A DNA stretch of 64,000 bases from Microcoleus sp. (GCA_042408215.1 JAYFMW010000008.1:32001-96000); one strand, 5' to 3'. Counted from the first letter of the stretch, positions 54,706 to 64,000 are shown. A program made the numbers and translations. Notes: generated from the letters alone by a model not told the origin.

Positions 54706-55066
54706 CGGCCGATGAAGAACTTCAATGGCTGAGCGTGATTGAAGTGAACTACCAGACTAGAAATGCTCCGCATACAGCACTGGCTTCCTGATTCATCGGG
54801 ATGTGCTTTTATCTCCGAAAAGATAAGTAGTCTTACCGTCCCGACCCAGGCTGGAGTCCTAGTTCCTAAGACCCATATTTTTTCTTGCAACACGTCCCGT
54901 TCAGCTTGTTTTTCGCATTGGGAGATTATGGTCAAGATACACTTATCATATCATTGATTCGCTATCACTCAATTTATTTTCTGGCTCACTTTCATCCCGT
55001 CACTCATCCTGTAAACGGATAGAGTGCGGGACTTCCCGTTCGCATTAGTTAAAAGGTTCCGAAAAG

Positions 55067-55510
55067 TTGCCGATGCTAAAAAAAGCGGATCTTCAAGTCA
55101 ATACAGGTCTGAGTGGATTAGGCTGGGTTTTGTCGTGGTTTTCACAATTGTACGACTCGCGAATTCCCACAAGTGTGTGGATACGGTGTCAGTTGGTTTT
55201 GGCTGAGGGCTTTACGAATGCGGTGCGTCACGCCCACAAGGGCAAACCAGCGGATTTGGCTGTTGACATTCAGGTGGCGGTGTTCGCTGAATTTGTAGAG
55301 ATTAAAATTTGGGATTGGGGCGATCCGTTTGATTTAGAGCAAAAAATCAAAGATATTTCGGAAAAAGTCGATTTTGACTCTCCGGGCGGGCGGGGTCTAA
55401 AATTGATCAAAGATATCGCAGATAGTATTAGTTATGTGAGAACGGCTGATGGACGGAACTGTTTGTCGATCGTCAAAAATTATTCGCCCTGTCTCAACGA
55501 TCGAAAATAA
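55067..55510 (+). CDS. Anti-sigma factor Ser kinase (RsbW/HATPase_c_2)
   Basis: EGFTNAVRHA, IWDWG.PFD and GGRGL. Confidence 0.9.
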   Translation: MPMLKKADLQVNTGLSGLGWVLSWFSQLYDSRIPTSVWIRCQLVLAEGFTNAVRHAHKGKPADLAVDIQVAVFAEFVEIKIWDWGDPFDLEQKIKDISEKVDFDSPGGRGLKLIKDIADSISYVRTADGRNCLSIVKNYSPCLNDRK

Positions 55511-55581
55511 CACGAATATTTTTAGCGGGTAAGGGTTGACGGTAGCCGTTCTTCCCACCCCTAAGAACCGTGCGCGAATGT

Positions 55582-55690
55582 TACAGCAATTCCCGCTGTT
55601 ATGAAACACGGTAGGGACACGGCTCTTGGAGTGTCCCTAGGAGGATTGAACGATAAGTGAGTGTACCTCATAACAGCGGTTTCCGCTGTA
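55582..55690. mobile_element. MITE-like element (TACAGC...GCTGTA family)
   Basis: Terminal inverted repeats and internal TAGGGACAC/GTGTCCCTA hairpin. Confidence 0.7.
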
Positions 55691-55733
55691 AGCTGCGTAG
55701 CAGTTTATTATATTTTGATATGACTGCACTGCC

Positions 55734-57491
55734 CTAGATACTGGGAATTCCCATAGCATCGGTATTTCCCCCATTAACTTGTTGCCAAAGGGTGCCATAG
55801 ACTCCTCCTTGTTCCAGCAAATCTGTATGGCTACCAGATGCCACAATACTGCCATTTTCTAGGACAAAAATTTTATCCGCACGCAAGGCATGAGCAATGC
55901 GGTGGGTAATCATAATTACTGTGCGTTGTTTAGAAATGCGATCGATTGTAGCGAGAATACCCGCTTCCGTTACCAGGTCAAGGGCGGATGTCGCTTCGTC
56001 TAAAATCAAAATAGCCGGATTTCTGACTAATGCTCTAGCGAGGGCGATTCTTTGGCGTTGTCCGCCCGATAACTGTCCGCCTCTGTCACCGACGGGGGTA
56101 TCATAACCTTGGGGTAAGGTGAGGATAAATTCGTGAATTTCTGCATCTTTGGCGGCGATTTCGACTTCCTCATCGGTGGCTTCTAAATATCCCATTCTGA
56201 TATTTTCACGGATGGAAGTGTTAAATAAAATTACCTCTTGAGAAACCAGCCCAATTTGCTCGCGCAGGGATTTTTGAGTGCAGGAACGCAAATCAATGCC
56301 ATCAAAAAGAATGCTACCTTTATCTGGGTCATAAAGTCGGGTTAATAGGTTAACGATGGTACTTTTACCCGCACCGGAATGTCCAACAAAGACAACAAAA
56401 TCGCCTTGGTGGATGGTTAGGGATAGGTTATTAACTCCTTTTCGCTCTGAAGAATAGTTAAAGGTAACGTTATCAAAGCGAATTTCACGGGAAAAATGGG
56501 GTAATTCAATGGCATCCGGTGCGTCTTGGACTTGTGGAACTTCAGCCAACAGAACGGAGATGCGCTGCATCGCGGCTATTCCTTCTATTAGGTAAGGCAA
56601 GGAAAACGTAAAGCTGAGGATGTTTAGATTTAACCCGACTAATAAAACCTGAAAAGAGACGAGTGTACCTACTGTAATTATGTTTTTGTAGGTCATTACT
56701 GCGCCGATACTGATGATGGCAAGCTGGACAAATACAAAGACTAGAGTGGGAATCCTTTGGACTAAATAAGAGGAAAACTTGGCTTTAACATAAACTTTTT
56801 TTAGAGCCTGCAAATCCTTGGAAAAATTGTTAATGGTTCGGGGTTGTAAGCCAAATAATTTAACAACGGATTGAGATAGGATATTTTCTTGAATGACATT
56901 AGCAATTTCTCCTTGCTGGTTTCTCAATTGATAGTTTTGCACTGTAGCTTTTTGACCAATTTTTGCGGGTGCAATGACACAGAAGGTTAAACCAATACAA
57001 CTAATCAGCCCTAACTGCCAGTTGAGGGAAAACATAAAAATAGCAGAAAATAGAATGCTACCTAATTCTAAAATTATTATTAATCCGTAAGCCAAGCTAT
57101 TTTCTATTTTTTCGATATCGCCTGAAAAACAGTTGACAATATCTCCGGCTGAACGTCGCCCAAAAAACTCCATAGATAGGTTTTGCAGGCGAACGAACAT
57201 AGAATGGCGGATATTGTTGATGACTGAAATGTTAAACCGCGTCGCCCAATAATCTCCTAATAAACCGACGAAGACAAATAAAACTGCTGCTCCACCCAGC
57301 AATAGGATAATTAAAACCAGAAGACGGTAATTTTGGGGAATAATGGCTGCGTCGATAATAAATTTTAAGCTGATTCTAATTGAGGATTCAAAGACTGCCT
57401 CAAAAAGTCCACGAGCGATGAGAATAATTGCTAACCATCTGTAGGGAGCGATGTATTTATTCAGTTCTTTGAGAAACCAATTTAGATTCAT
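55734..57491 (-). CDS. ABC exporter half-transporter (TMD+NBD)
   Basis: Six TM helices, GHSGAGKST, LSGGQRQR and LDEATSALD; overlaps the upstream gene by 35 bp. Confidence 0.93.
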   Translation of the reverse strand: MNLNWFLKELNKYIAPYRWLAIILIARGLFEAVFESSIRISLKFIIDAAIIPQNYRLLVLIILLLGGAAVLFVFVGLLGDYWATRFNISVINNIRHSMFVRLQNLSMEFFGRRSAGDIVNCFSGDIEKIENSLAYGLIIILELGSILFSAIFMFSLNWQLGLISCIGLTFCVIAPAKIGQKATVQNYQLRNQQGEIANVIQENILSQSVVKLFGLQPRTINNFSKDLQALKKVYVKAKFSSYLVQRIPTLVFVFVQLAIISIGAVMTYKNIITVGTLVSFQVLLVGLNLNILSFTFSLPYLIEGIAAMQRISVLLAEVPQVQDAPDAIELPHFSREIRFDNVTFNYSSERKGVNNLSLTIHQGDFVVFVGHSGAGKSTIVNLLTRLYDPDKGSILFDGIDLRSCTQKSLREQIGLVSQEVILFNTSIRENIRMGYLEATDEEVEIAAKDAEIHEFILTLPQGYDTPVGDRGGQLSGGQRQRIALARALVRNPAILILDEATSALDLVTEAGILATIDRISKQRTVIMITHRIAHALRADKIFVLENGSIVASGSHTDLLEQGGVYGTLWQQVNGGNTDAMGIPSI

Positions 57492-58638
57492 TTTTATTCA
57501 AGGGGGAAGACTTTATATAACATCTAGCAAAAGCCTCAGTAATAATTTCTGACATCAATTGTGCAAAGGGAACGCCAGCTAGGTGTAATATAGTACCAAC
57601 TGGTGTTTCTAATGGGTCGGAGAACGTCGAGAAAGGTTTGGAAGAAATGGCACAGTTTGCATTTACTTCTAGGACAAATAGTTCTTTAGATAGTTTATCC
57701 ATTCGTATATCTACCCGTCCATAACCATTCCCACTTACTGCACAGTAAGCACCTTTAGCTAAATCGCAAAGTCTTTCACGCAACTCAGGATTAACGATTT
57801 TGTGGCGAATAAATGGTTTCTCTCTTTTCCAAGAGGTTTTTCCTTCATCTTTTCCCCAGTAGCGATCGTGTGATAAAAACTGTTCGGTTTCAGGTAAATC
57901 AGTGTTAAATATAATTTCTAGAGGTGGGTAGATTTTAATCTTCTCTGGTTGCTGATAAGAACCGATTACAAAGACTGTAAACTCAGAACCATTAATAAAA
58001 CTTTCTACAAAGATACTGTCGGACGATAATAGCATCCCCCCATGATTTTTTTCTATTAAACATTTAACCTGTGCGCCGATCTGTTCATCGCTGTACACAA
58101 CCGAGTTTAAAGAAAGCCCATAGCTACCGCCAGACAGCACTGCTGGTTTTACAATTAGGGGTGTACCGAGGCGATCACACACTCCTTCAACATTATTAAA
58201 ATCGTATATTACTTCATAGGGAGCAGTAGCTATTCTTGCTTCTGATAAAGCGTGTTTTAGGGAAATTTTATTGGTATTGAAACTGTCAAAAATTGAATCT
58301 GCACCGACAAAAATGATGCCTTTGGCTTCTAATAGCTTGATGAGAGAAACACCGGGACACTCATCAATTTCATCCAAACCATCACAATAATTCAGCACCA
58401 CAGGAATAAGCTCAGGGGTAGAAACTGCGATTTTTTCTACAACATCGTGCATATTTTCTAAGCTAACTGACTGACGTTTCCAGGGCACACCAAGCTCGGA
58501 AAAGACATCAATCATTTCCTGTTCAAAAGACTGTGTATGAAAGGCTTCCATCCATTCTTGTTTGATTTTGGAGGATGGGGTTAATACCCAAACAAAGAGC
58601 CTGCTACTGGGTACAGGGAATTTGTGAAAAATTGTCAT
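57457..58638 (-). CDS. D-Ala-D-Ala-ligase-like ATP-grasp protein
   Basis: IVKP, VESFINGSEFTV, GYGRVDIRMD and LEVNANC. Confidence 0.85.
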   Translation of the reverse strand: MTIFHKFPVPSSRLFVWVLTPSSKIKQEWMEAFHTQSFEQEMIDVFSELGVPWKRQSVSLENMHDVVEKIAVSTPELIPVVLNYCDGLDEIDECPGVSLIKLLEAKGIIFVGADSIFDSFNTNKISLKHALSEARIATAPYEVIYDFNNVEGVCDRLGTPLIVKPAVLSGGSYGLSLNSVVYSDEQIGAQVKCLIEKNHGGMLLSSDSIFVESFINGSEFTVFVIGSYQQPEKIKIYPPLEIIFNTDLPETEQFLSHDRYWGKDEGKTSWKREKPFIRHKIVNPELRERLCDLAKGAYCAVSGNGYGRVDIRMDKLSKELFVLEVNANCAISSKPFSTFSDPLETPVGTILHLAGVPFAQLMSEIITEAFARCYIKSSPLNKNESKLVSQRTE

Positions 58639-58681
58639 TGATTTTATTTTTTATAGACTAAAAGTAAATAGCGATATACTT

Positions 58682-59845
58682 TCATACTGATTGGTAAACC
58701 AATCCTGATTTAGAATAATACCTACTCAAAGCCTCAGCAATTATTTCTGACATCAGTTGTGCAAAAGGAATCTGACCGAGGTGTAAAATAGTACCAACTC
58801 TGGACGTATTTGGCTCTTCCACACCCATTGTAAGAGACCTAGAAGTGACAGCGGGACAGGGATTTACCTCTAAAACAAACATCTCTTGAGTTATATTGTC
58901 CATGCGGATGTCTACTCGTCCATATCCAGTACCACCCACTGCACAGTAAGCACGTTTAGCTAAATCACCGAGCCGCTTATGCAATTCAATTGGTGCTAAT
59001 TGATAACCAAATAATGGTTCCTGATTGGGCGGGAGAGTTCGCTCTTCTACTTCTGTTATCCGTAATTCACGGGTATAAAATTGCTCGGTTTCAGGTACAC
59101 CAGAGTGAAAAACGGTTTCTACAGGTGGATAAACTTCAATTCGCTCTGACTGTTGAGCATTTCCTACGAGTAAAACCGTAAATTCTCGACCTTTAATAAA
59201 TCCTTCGACAAAGATACTGTCTGCCGGAATCTGCATCCCATGTTGTCCTTGCTGTAGCTCCTCAAATCGATTGATCGCATCTTCATCACTGTGAACAACA
59301 GATTTCAAACAAATGCCTCTAGTGCCAAACGAAGCTGAAGGTTTGACAATCAGTGGAGGTACAAGGCGATCGCACAATCCCCGAATACTAATGACATCCT
59401 TAATCACCTCATAAGGTGCAGTTGAAACTCCCGACTCAACAAAAGCCTCTTTCATCAATATCTTGGAGTCCCCCATTTTAAAAAATTGAGAATCTGCCCC
59501 CGCAAAAGGAATACCCTTAGCTTCCAATAATTTGACAACGGAAGCGCCCGGATATCCATCAACTTCATCTAGTCCCGCACAGTAGTTCAGTACAAGTGAG
59601 AAATATTGGGCTTGGGAAGCAGCAACTTCTTCGATCGCTGCCTTCATATTCTCTAAGGTGATTAGCTTAAACTTCCATGCCACCTCCAGTTCCGCAAAAA
59701 CATCGGCTAGTTCTTGCTGAAAATATAAAGGATTAAATTCTTCGTTAGAAAAATCTTGCTCTACGGATAGACAGGGAATGAATGCCCAGACAAGTATCTC
59801 TTTATCGGAAAGCGGGGGATTTTGGATTTGTTGAATTGATTTCAT
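58682..59845 (-). CDS. D-Ala-D-Ala-ligase-like ATP-grasp protein (paralog)
   Basis: IVKPS, VEGFIKGREFTV, GYGRVDIRMD and LEVNPCP. Confidence 0.85.
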   Translation of the reverse strand: MKSIQQIQNPPLSDKEILVWAFIPCLSVEQDFSNEEFNPLYFQQELADVFAELEVAWKFKLITLENMKAAIEEVAASQAQYFSLVLNYCAGLDEVDGYPGASVVKLLEAKGIPFAGADSQFFKMGDSKILMKEAFVESGVSTAPYEVIKDVISIRGLCDRLVPPLIVKPSASFGTRGICLKSVVHSDEDAINRFEELQQGQHGMQIPADSIFVEGFIKGREFTVLLVGNAQQSERIEVYPPVETVFHSGVPETEQFYTRELRITEVEERTLPPNQEPLFGYQLAPIELHKRLGDLAKRAYCAVGGTGYGRVDIRMDNITQEMFVLEVNPCPAVTSRSLTMGVEEPNTSRVGTILHLGQIPFAQLMSEIIAEALSRYYSKSGLVYQSV

Positions 59846-59921
59846 TTTTTAGATAGGGTTAACAGGATTGCTGAGGTGGACAAAAACAATACCTTAGTGT
59901 TAGGTAAAGCCTATTGGCAAT

Positions 59922-60530
59922 TTATGAAAAACTATACTGGCACTCTTTGGATTCCAAAAAGTTTCTATATAGGCGTTGAAAAGGTGATTTAACTCGCTGT
60001 AAATGTTCAAAATTAAATACATCTAGCATCAGAGCAAGACCACTGCCATATTCGGGGTGATTTATCATATCAATCGTTTGATAGCCTATTTTTTGAAAGA
60101 AAGGAATCATGTGGGGTTCGCAGTCTATAAAATCAAACTTTATTCCATCTAGCAGTAATTGATGGTAATTTGCTTGCACTATTCTCAAAGCCATTGTACT
60201 TCCTCTAAAATGTGGTTCGATCATAAGTTTTGTGCTGATTGATGTACTCAATGGATGTGCATCTCCGGCAATATCACTGATTTGATAAAGCTCTGCATAG
60301 TACCCTAAATCTGAATTTATAGCATAGTTGCTTCTAACCGTACCCACCAAATTACCATTTTGAAAAGCCACAAATATGTTGCCGAATTTATCTAGCGGTT
60401 CTTCTATTTTGTAGTGTTGTTTCTCTGCATAGTGTTGGCTATATCCCAGTTCTTCTACATAGATTTGATAGCGCAATTTGAAAACCTGTTCTTTTTCTTC
60501 GGGGGTTTTAGCTAATCTTATTTCCAGCAT
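59922..60530 (-). CDS. GNAT-fold N-acyltransferase of FeeM/LuxI-like type
   Basis: A.T.EE.E.VF.LRY.IYVEE, LVGTVR, KLMIEPHFRG and FFQKIGY. Confidence 0.75.
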   Translation of the reverse strand: MLEIRLAKTPEEKEQVFKLRYQIYVEELGYSQHYAEKQHYKIEEPLDKFGNIFVAFQNGNLVGTVRSNYAINSDLGYYAELYQISDIAGDAHPLSTSISTKLMIEPHFRGSTMALRIVQANYHQLLLDGIKFDFIDCEPHMIPFFQKIGYQTIDMINHPEYGSGLALMLDVFNFEHLQRVKSPFQRLYRNFLESKECQYSFS

Positions 60531-60571
60531 GGTATTTCTATATCCGTAAATTCAGAGTTTGTTTTTAGTTA

Positions 60572-60831
60572 GGGCGATCGCCCTTCGGATGTGGAAATTT
60601 AATCGGGGGGCGATCGCCTTTCAGGTGGCGGGACTGCTAGAAAATAGTGCAGTCCTACCTGTTGCGGCAATGCGAGTCTGTGGAAGTTGGTTAGAGGGGC
60701 GATCGCCCTTCGGATGTGGAAATTTAATCGGGGGGCGATCGCCTTTCAGGTGGCGGGACTGCTAGAAAATAGTGCAGTCCCTACCTGTTGCGGCAACGCG
60801 AGTCTGTGGAAGTTGGTTAGAGGGGCGATCG
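60572..60831. repeat. Tandem 125-bp duplication bounded by HIP1-like sites
   Basis: Units start at 60572, 60697 and 60823 (partial), each beginning GGGCGATCG. Confidence 0.9.
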
Positions 60832-60944
60832 TGCTTAATGAATGATGGCAAGAGTAAAGTCAAGATTGATTTAAGAGCGCTCTGTTGAAAGCCGTTAATT
60901 TTGAGCTTGCTGTCAAAAAAAAAATGCTCTTAATTCCGGCAAAC

Positions 60945-61322
60945 TTATTGTATTGATTGCTTGATTATGAAACGTATTGAAAAATATGGTGGTAGACTTT
61001 CCGTTTCCTTGGTTTTGCCGTTGTAATTTACTTTTACTGGCGCATTTGTATCGATCACAGGCCAATCGTTTCCACCAGCTTTTCGTGTCTGATAAGACAC
61101 TGTTGCATTCACCTCGAAATCATGTGTATGGGTCTTGTTACCTCCAACTTTACCAACTGGGTTGTTATCGTCCACACCTCGTGGGAATAATCCAGATAAG
61201 TTCGGCGTGCCATTTTTCCCATCGCATATTTCCCAACCGGCCGGTACATTCTTATCACTTCCAGACCACATAATTATTGCTCCCACTGGGAAATCAAGGT
61301 TTGAGATTTGTGTGATTGTCAT
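60945..61322 (-). CDS. Stand-alone phage tail-collar-like domain protein
   Basis: PVGAIIMW, PAGW.ICDG, TPNL.G.F.RG, HTH and PPY..I.FIIK. Confidence 0.75.
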   Translation of the reverse strand: MTITQISNLDFPVGAIIMWSGSDKNVPAGWEICDGKNGTPNLSGLFPRGVDDNNPVGKVGGNKTHTHDFEVNATVSYQTRKAGGNDWPVIDTNAPVKVNYNGKTKETESLPPYFSIRFIIKQSIQ

Positions 61323-61579
61323 ATTTTTGTGTGTCTCCTCATTAAAGAGTTTCGATACTGTCTAGCTAATAATAAGACGATTCCCGAAGCCAAATTGTGA
61401 ACTCTTCAACTGCATAACTTTCCGAAACTCGTCGCACCCGATAAAACCAACCCAAAAATGCGCCCCTCTTCCTCTTCAGGGCAAGCAGAAACGAGTCAAT
61501 ATCACACCAGTCTTCTCTTGTCAAGGAAATCACGATATAATTTTCACTACTATTCCGGCTAGGTGTAAAGTTACAAGTC

Positions 61580-62027
61580 CCTTGACATTAAACCTAGAAC
61601 CGTTCACCTGACAGACAAACAGTTCTATCAGTTATGTCAAAATAACCGCGAGTTACAGTTTGAACGAACTGCCAAAAGAGAATTAATTATTATGTCACCC
61701 GTTGGCGCGAAACCGAATTAATTGCCGCTTGGATTCAGCGCGAACGCTGGGAAGCACTCACGCCCGAACAACGCCATAAAATTTCCCCCCATTGCACCCG
61801 ATTTTGCGATCGAATTAAGGTCAGCAACAGATGATTTGGAAATGTTGCGTTCCCAAATGCAGGAATATATGGGCGCAGGAGTGCAATTGGGATGGTTAAT
61901 TAACCCCCAACAGCAACAAGTAGAAATTTATCGCGCACGACAAGACGTGGAAGTGCGAAATCTCCCCACAGAATTATCAGGTGAAAATATATTGTCTGGA
62001 TTTAGCTTGAGTCTATCCCCCGCATAA
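61580..62027 (+). pseudogene. Uma2/DUF820 endonuclease pseudogene
   Basis: QFYQLCQNNRELQFERTA, PDFAIELRS and LGWLINP in shifting frames, with an internal deletion. Confidence 0.8.
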
Positions 62028-63102
62028 ACCGGGTTTCTTTCGGGGTAAAGGCTAAGATTTTATCGATCAAAACTAGAGAAACCCGGTTTCTCATTTCCCC
62101 AGAAACCGACTTCCTTTCAGCATTAAAACTAACATTTATTCGCTTAAAGCTAAAGAAACCCGGTTTCTCGCCCTTCATCCTTTCCTCTAGTTCCAGCTTT
62201 TCTCTATGCGCTACAGACAGCGCCGCCGACTGGGGTTCCCCATCAGCAACAATCTCTATTTCCTCTAACTTCTCATCAGGTTGAGCCTCCACCAAAACAG
62301 GCTCAATCTGCGTAACAGACAGCGCCACCTCTGGTAATTCTATAGCAGCAACAATTTGTACTTCTTCTAACTCCCCAGATAAGATTATCTCGCCCGCAAC
62401 GGGTTCTTTTTGAGCAGTCTTCTTCGACTTCCTTGGTTTTGCAGACTGAGGAGAAACCCTCGACTTAGGATTAGACAAATCAGAGTCAGTCCCATCTTCA
62501 GAGAAATTTTCATTGAACCGCTGACGCAAAATTGCCCGCGCCTGGGAAATCCGCTTGCGGACGTTATCGTAGGAAATATTAAGCTGTTCGGCAATATCTG
62601 GATAAGATAGCCCTGACTCAAAATGGAGAATAAAAGTCTCGCGTAATCTATCTGGCAACTCATCTATTGTGCCACGAAAAAATAATTCGAGTTCGCGCTG
62701 CATAGCAGCGCGAACTGGTGTTTCTTCTTGGCTAATTAATTCGGTTTCGTTTCCTATAGCAATGGTGTCTAAACTGTCAACTCCTAGTGCACCCCTGTTG
62801 CGCTCTCGATGGATATCGGCGCACAGGTTATAAGTCAGTTTGGTTAACCAAGCCTTAAAGTTTTTGATCTCATCGGTACAATCTCTTGCTTTCTCCCAAG
62901 CTTTGAGCATCGCCCGACTGAGGGCATCTTCAGCATCGGTTGGATTGCTCATCCACTTGCGACAGCAACGGTAAAGATAATCTTGATTATCCTGCCATAA
63001 TTTCCAAAAAGCTGAATCTATATCTTGAGTGCCTGAGCAAGGGATTGATGCAGAACTACAACTTAACATCTCTGGAGCCTGAAACTCTAGGTGGACAAAC
63101 AA
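62002..63102 (-). CDS. ECF-type sigma-70 factor with long acidic C-terminal extension
   Basis: Region 2 DAEDALS...FKAWL..L.YN; region 4 LP.RLRETF.L...LSY..IA..L.IS...VRKRISQAR. The start may be the ATG at 63069. Confidence 0.85.
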   Translation of the reverse strand: MFVHLEFQAPEMLSCSSASIPCSGTQDIDSAFWKLWQDNQDYLYRCCRKWMSNPTDAEDALSRAMLKAWEKARDCTDEIKNFKAWLTKLTYNLCADIHRERNRGALGVDSLDTIAIGNETELISQEETPVRAAMQRELELFFRGTIDELPDRLRETFILHFESGLSYPDIAEQLNISYDNVRKRISQARAILRQRFNENFSEDGTDSDLSNPKSRVSPQSAKPRKSKKTAQKEPVAGEIILSGELEEVQIVAAIELPEVALSVTQIEPVLVEAQPDEKLEEIEIVADGEPQSAALSVAHREKLELEERMKGEKPGFFSFKRINVSFNAERKSVSGEMRNRVSLVLIDKILAFTPKETRFMRGIDSS

Positions 63103-63180
63103 CTTGCGATTAATTGAGGCGGTAATTTACCTAGCCTCGGATGCACCTATCGCCATGTTGACTCACTACTCAGGCTAAAG

Positions 63181-63230
63181 TAAAGTCGGAAAAGTCGGAT
63201 CTTTAAAGTCGGAAAAGTCGGAAAAGTAGG
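63181..63230. repeat. 9-bp direct repeats AAAGTCGGA, ~5 copies
   Basis: Upstream of the sigma factor gene. Confidence 0.75.
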
Positions 63231-63397
63231 ATCATCGCCGCTAGGAGTGCATAGCTTAGACATCCCTTTGGCAGTTTTAGGACTTACGCCAACGGCTTTT
63301 AAACACTATTGGTAGCGTAAGGTGCACAGTGTGCACCCTACAGATAGAGTTTATGCGTAATTTCTCAATTTAATGTCACCAAGCTAAAATCTGAACT

Positions 63398-64000
63398 TTA
63401 AGATTTAAAATCCTTTGACAGAGGATTTAGCCACAGCAAAATTGTCTGTTTTAATTGATTTAATTCCCGATACACTTCTTGTTTTACCCACTGCCCGATC
63501 GCATCGAAGGGCGTAAAAATTTGACCGACTGGCCAGCCAAAATCTTGACCCAAGGGCGTTTGATGGTTTCCTACCAATGTCTGAACTGTAATCATGTCAG
63601 GAAATTGTGCTTTTAGCAGTTTGGTCAACAGCAGGGTTTGGTCGATGTTGTCGTCCTTAAATTTAATTAAAAGATTGCGCCGAATTGCATAGCTATCTTG
63701 TATGAGGCGATTGGTGTCTTGGGGGGAAGGCGTAAACTCGACGTTAAAGACGGGGGAAATTTGCTCGACGATCGGGATTGCCTCGGATGCCGCATAATTG
63801 TTGAAAGAGATCAGAATATTGCCGGCTCGTTCTACGTCAAATACAGAACCGATCAGGAGGTGCAGTTTACATCCCATGCTATGCCCGATGCCGTAGATGG
63901 GGAGATAGCGATTTCGCAGCACTTTGTTAGCCTGCAAGCGGGAGAGGGCATTTTCAAATTTGTTGAGGACATCGCGGGCGATCGCAATATGATCCAAAGT
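63398..64000 (-). CDS. DUF1350-family alpha/beta hydrolase (runs off window end)
   Basis: YGIGHSMGCKLHLL, EFTPSP, D..IDQ and GNH.TP. Confidence 0.8.
   Translation of the reverse strand, partial: TLDHIAIARDVLNKFENALSRLQANKVLRNRYLPIYGIGHSMGCKLHLLIGSVFDVERAGNILISFNNYAASEAIPIVEQISPVFNVEFTPSPQDTNRLIQDSYAIRRNLLIKFKDDNIDQTLLLTKLLKAQFPDMITVQTLVGNHQTPLGQDFGWPVGQIFTPFDAIGQWVKQEVYRELNQLKQTILLWLNPLSKDFKS

Noticed and set aside
57457..59845. Mycosporine (MysC/MysD) or microviridin cluster
   Set aside because: No sugar-phosphate cyclase or O-methyltransferase; no PFFARFL leader or TxKYPSD core precursor; the ligase motifs are Ddl-like rather than RimK-like.
57457..59845. Housekeeping ddl or van-type resistance genes
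   Set aside because: The N-terminal GGxSxE and HGxxGEDG motifs are absent and there is no cell-wall or van context.
60572..60831. Possible CRISPR mini-array
   Set aside because: Whole 125-bp units are duplicated; there are no unique spacers.
60945..61322. Prophage or contractile injection system
   Set aside because: No other structural, packaging or integrase genes in the window.

Overview
A 64-kb chromosomal window from a filamentous cyanobacterium. This is inferred from the dense HIP1 GCGATCGC octamers, heptamer tandem repeats, petF and bvdR; the repeat families resemble Microcoleus/Oscillatoriales. Housekeeping genes (def, bvdR, petF, SpoIID/LytB, glycosyltransferases, P-type ATPase, a STAS/PP2C/anti-sigma partner-switching module) are interspersed with several accessory blocks. 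(1) An apparently intact IscB OMEGA element (4976-6568) with a reconstructable empty site, plus an ORF-less orphan omegaRNA element inserted exactly in front of a start codon (51951-52299), and several TnpB-less IS200/IS605 mini-elements. (2) An AT-rich, HIP1-free two-gene defence locus: a PLD-SNF2 helicase and a large N6-adenine methyltransferase. (3) A complete nine-gene N-type ATPase operon in circularly permuted order (R-B-E-F-A-G-D-C-Q), next to a MerR-promoter arsenic-type operon and an IS graveyard, all bracketed by ~690-bp direct repeats. (4) A compact four-gene operon (FeeM/LuxI-like N-acyltransferase, two paralogous Ddl-type ATP-grasp ligases, ABC exporter; 55734-60530) that looks like an uncharacterised NRPS-independent acyl-peptide biosynthesis/export system and is my top candidate for novelty. 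No CRISPR array, rRNA or tRNA was recognised. All calls come from reading motifs by eye; no searches were run.
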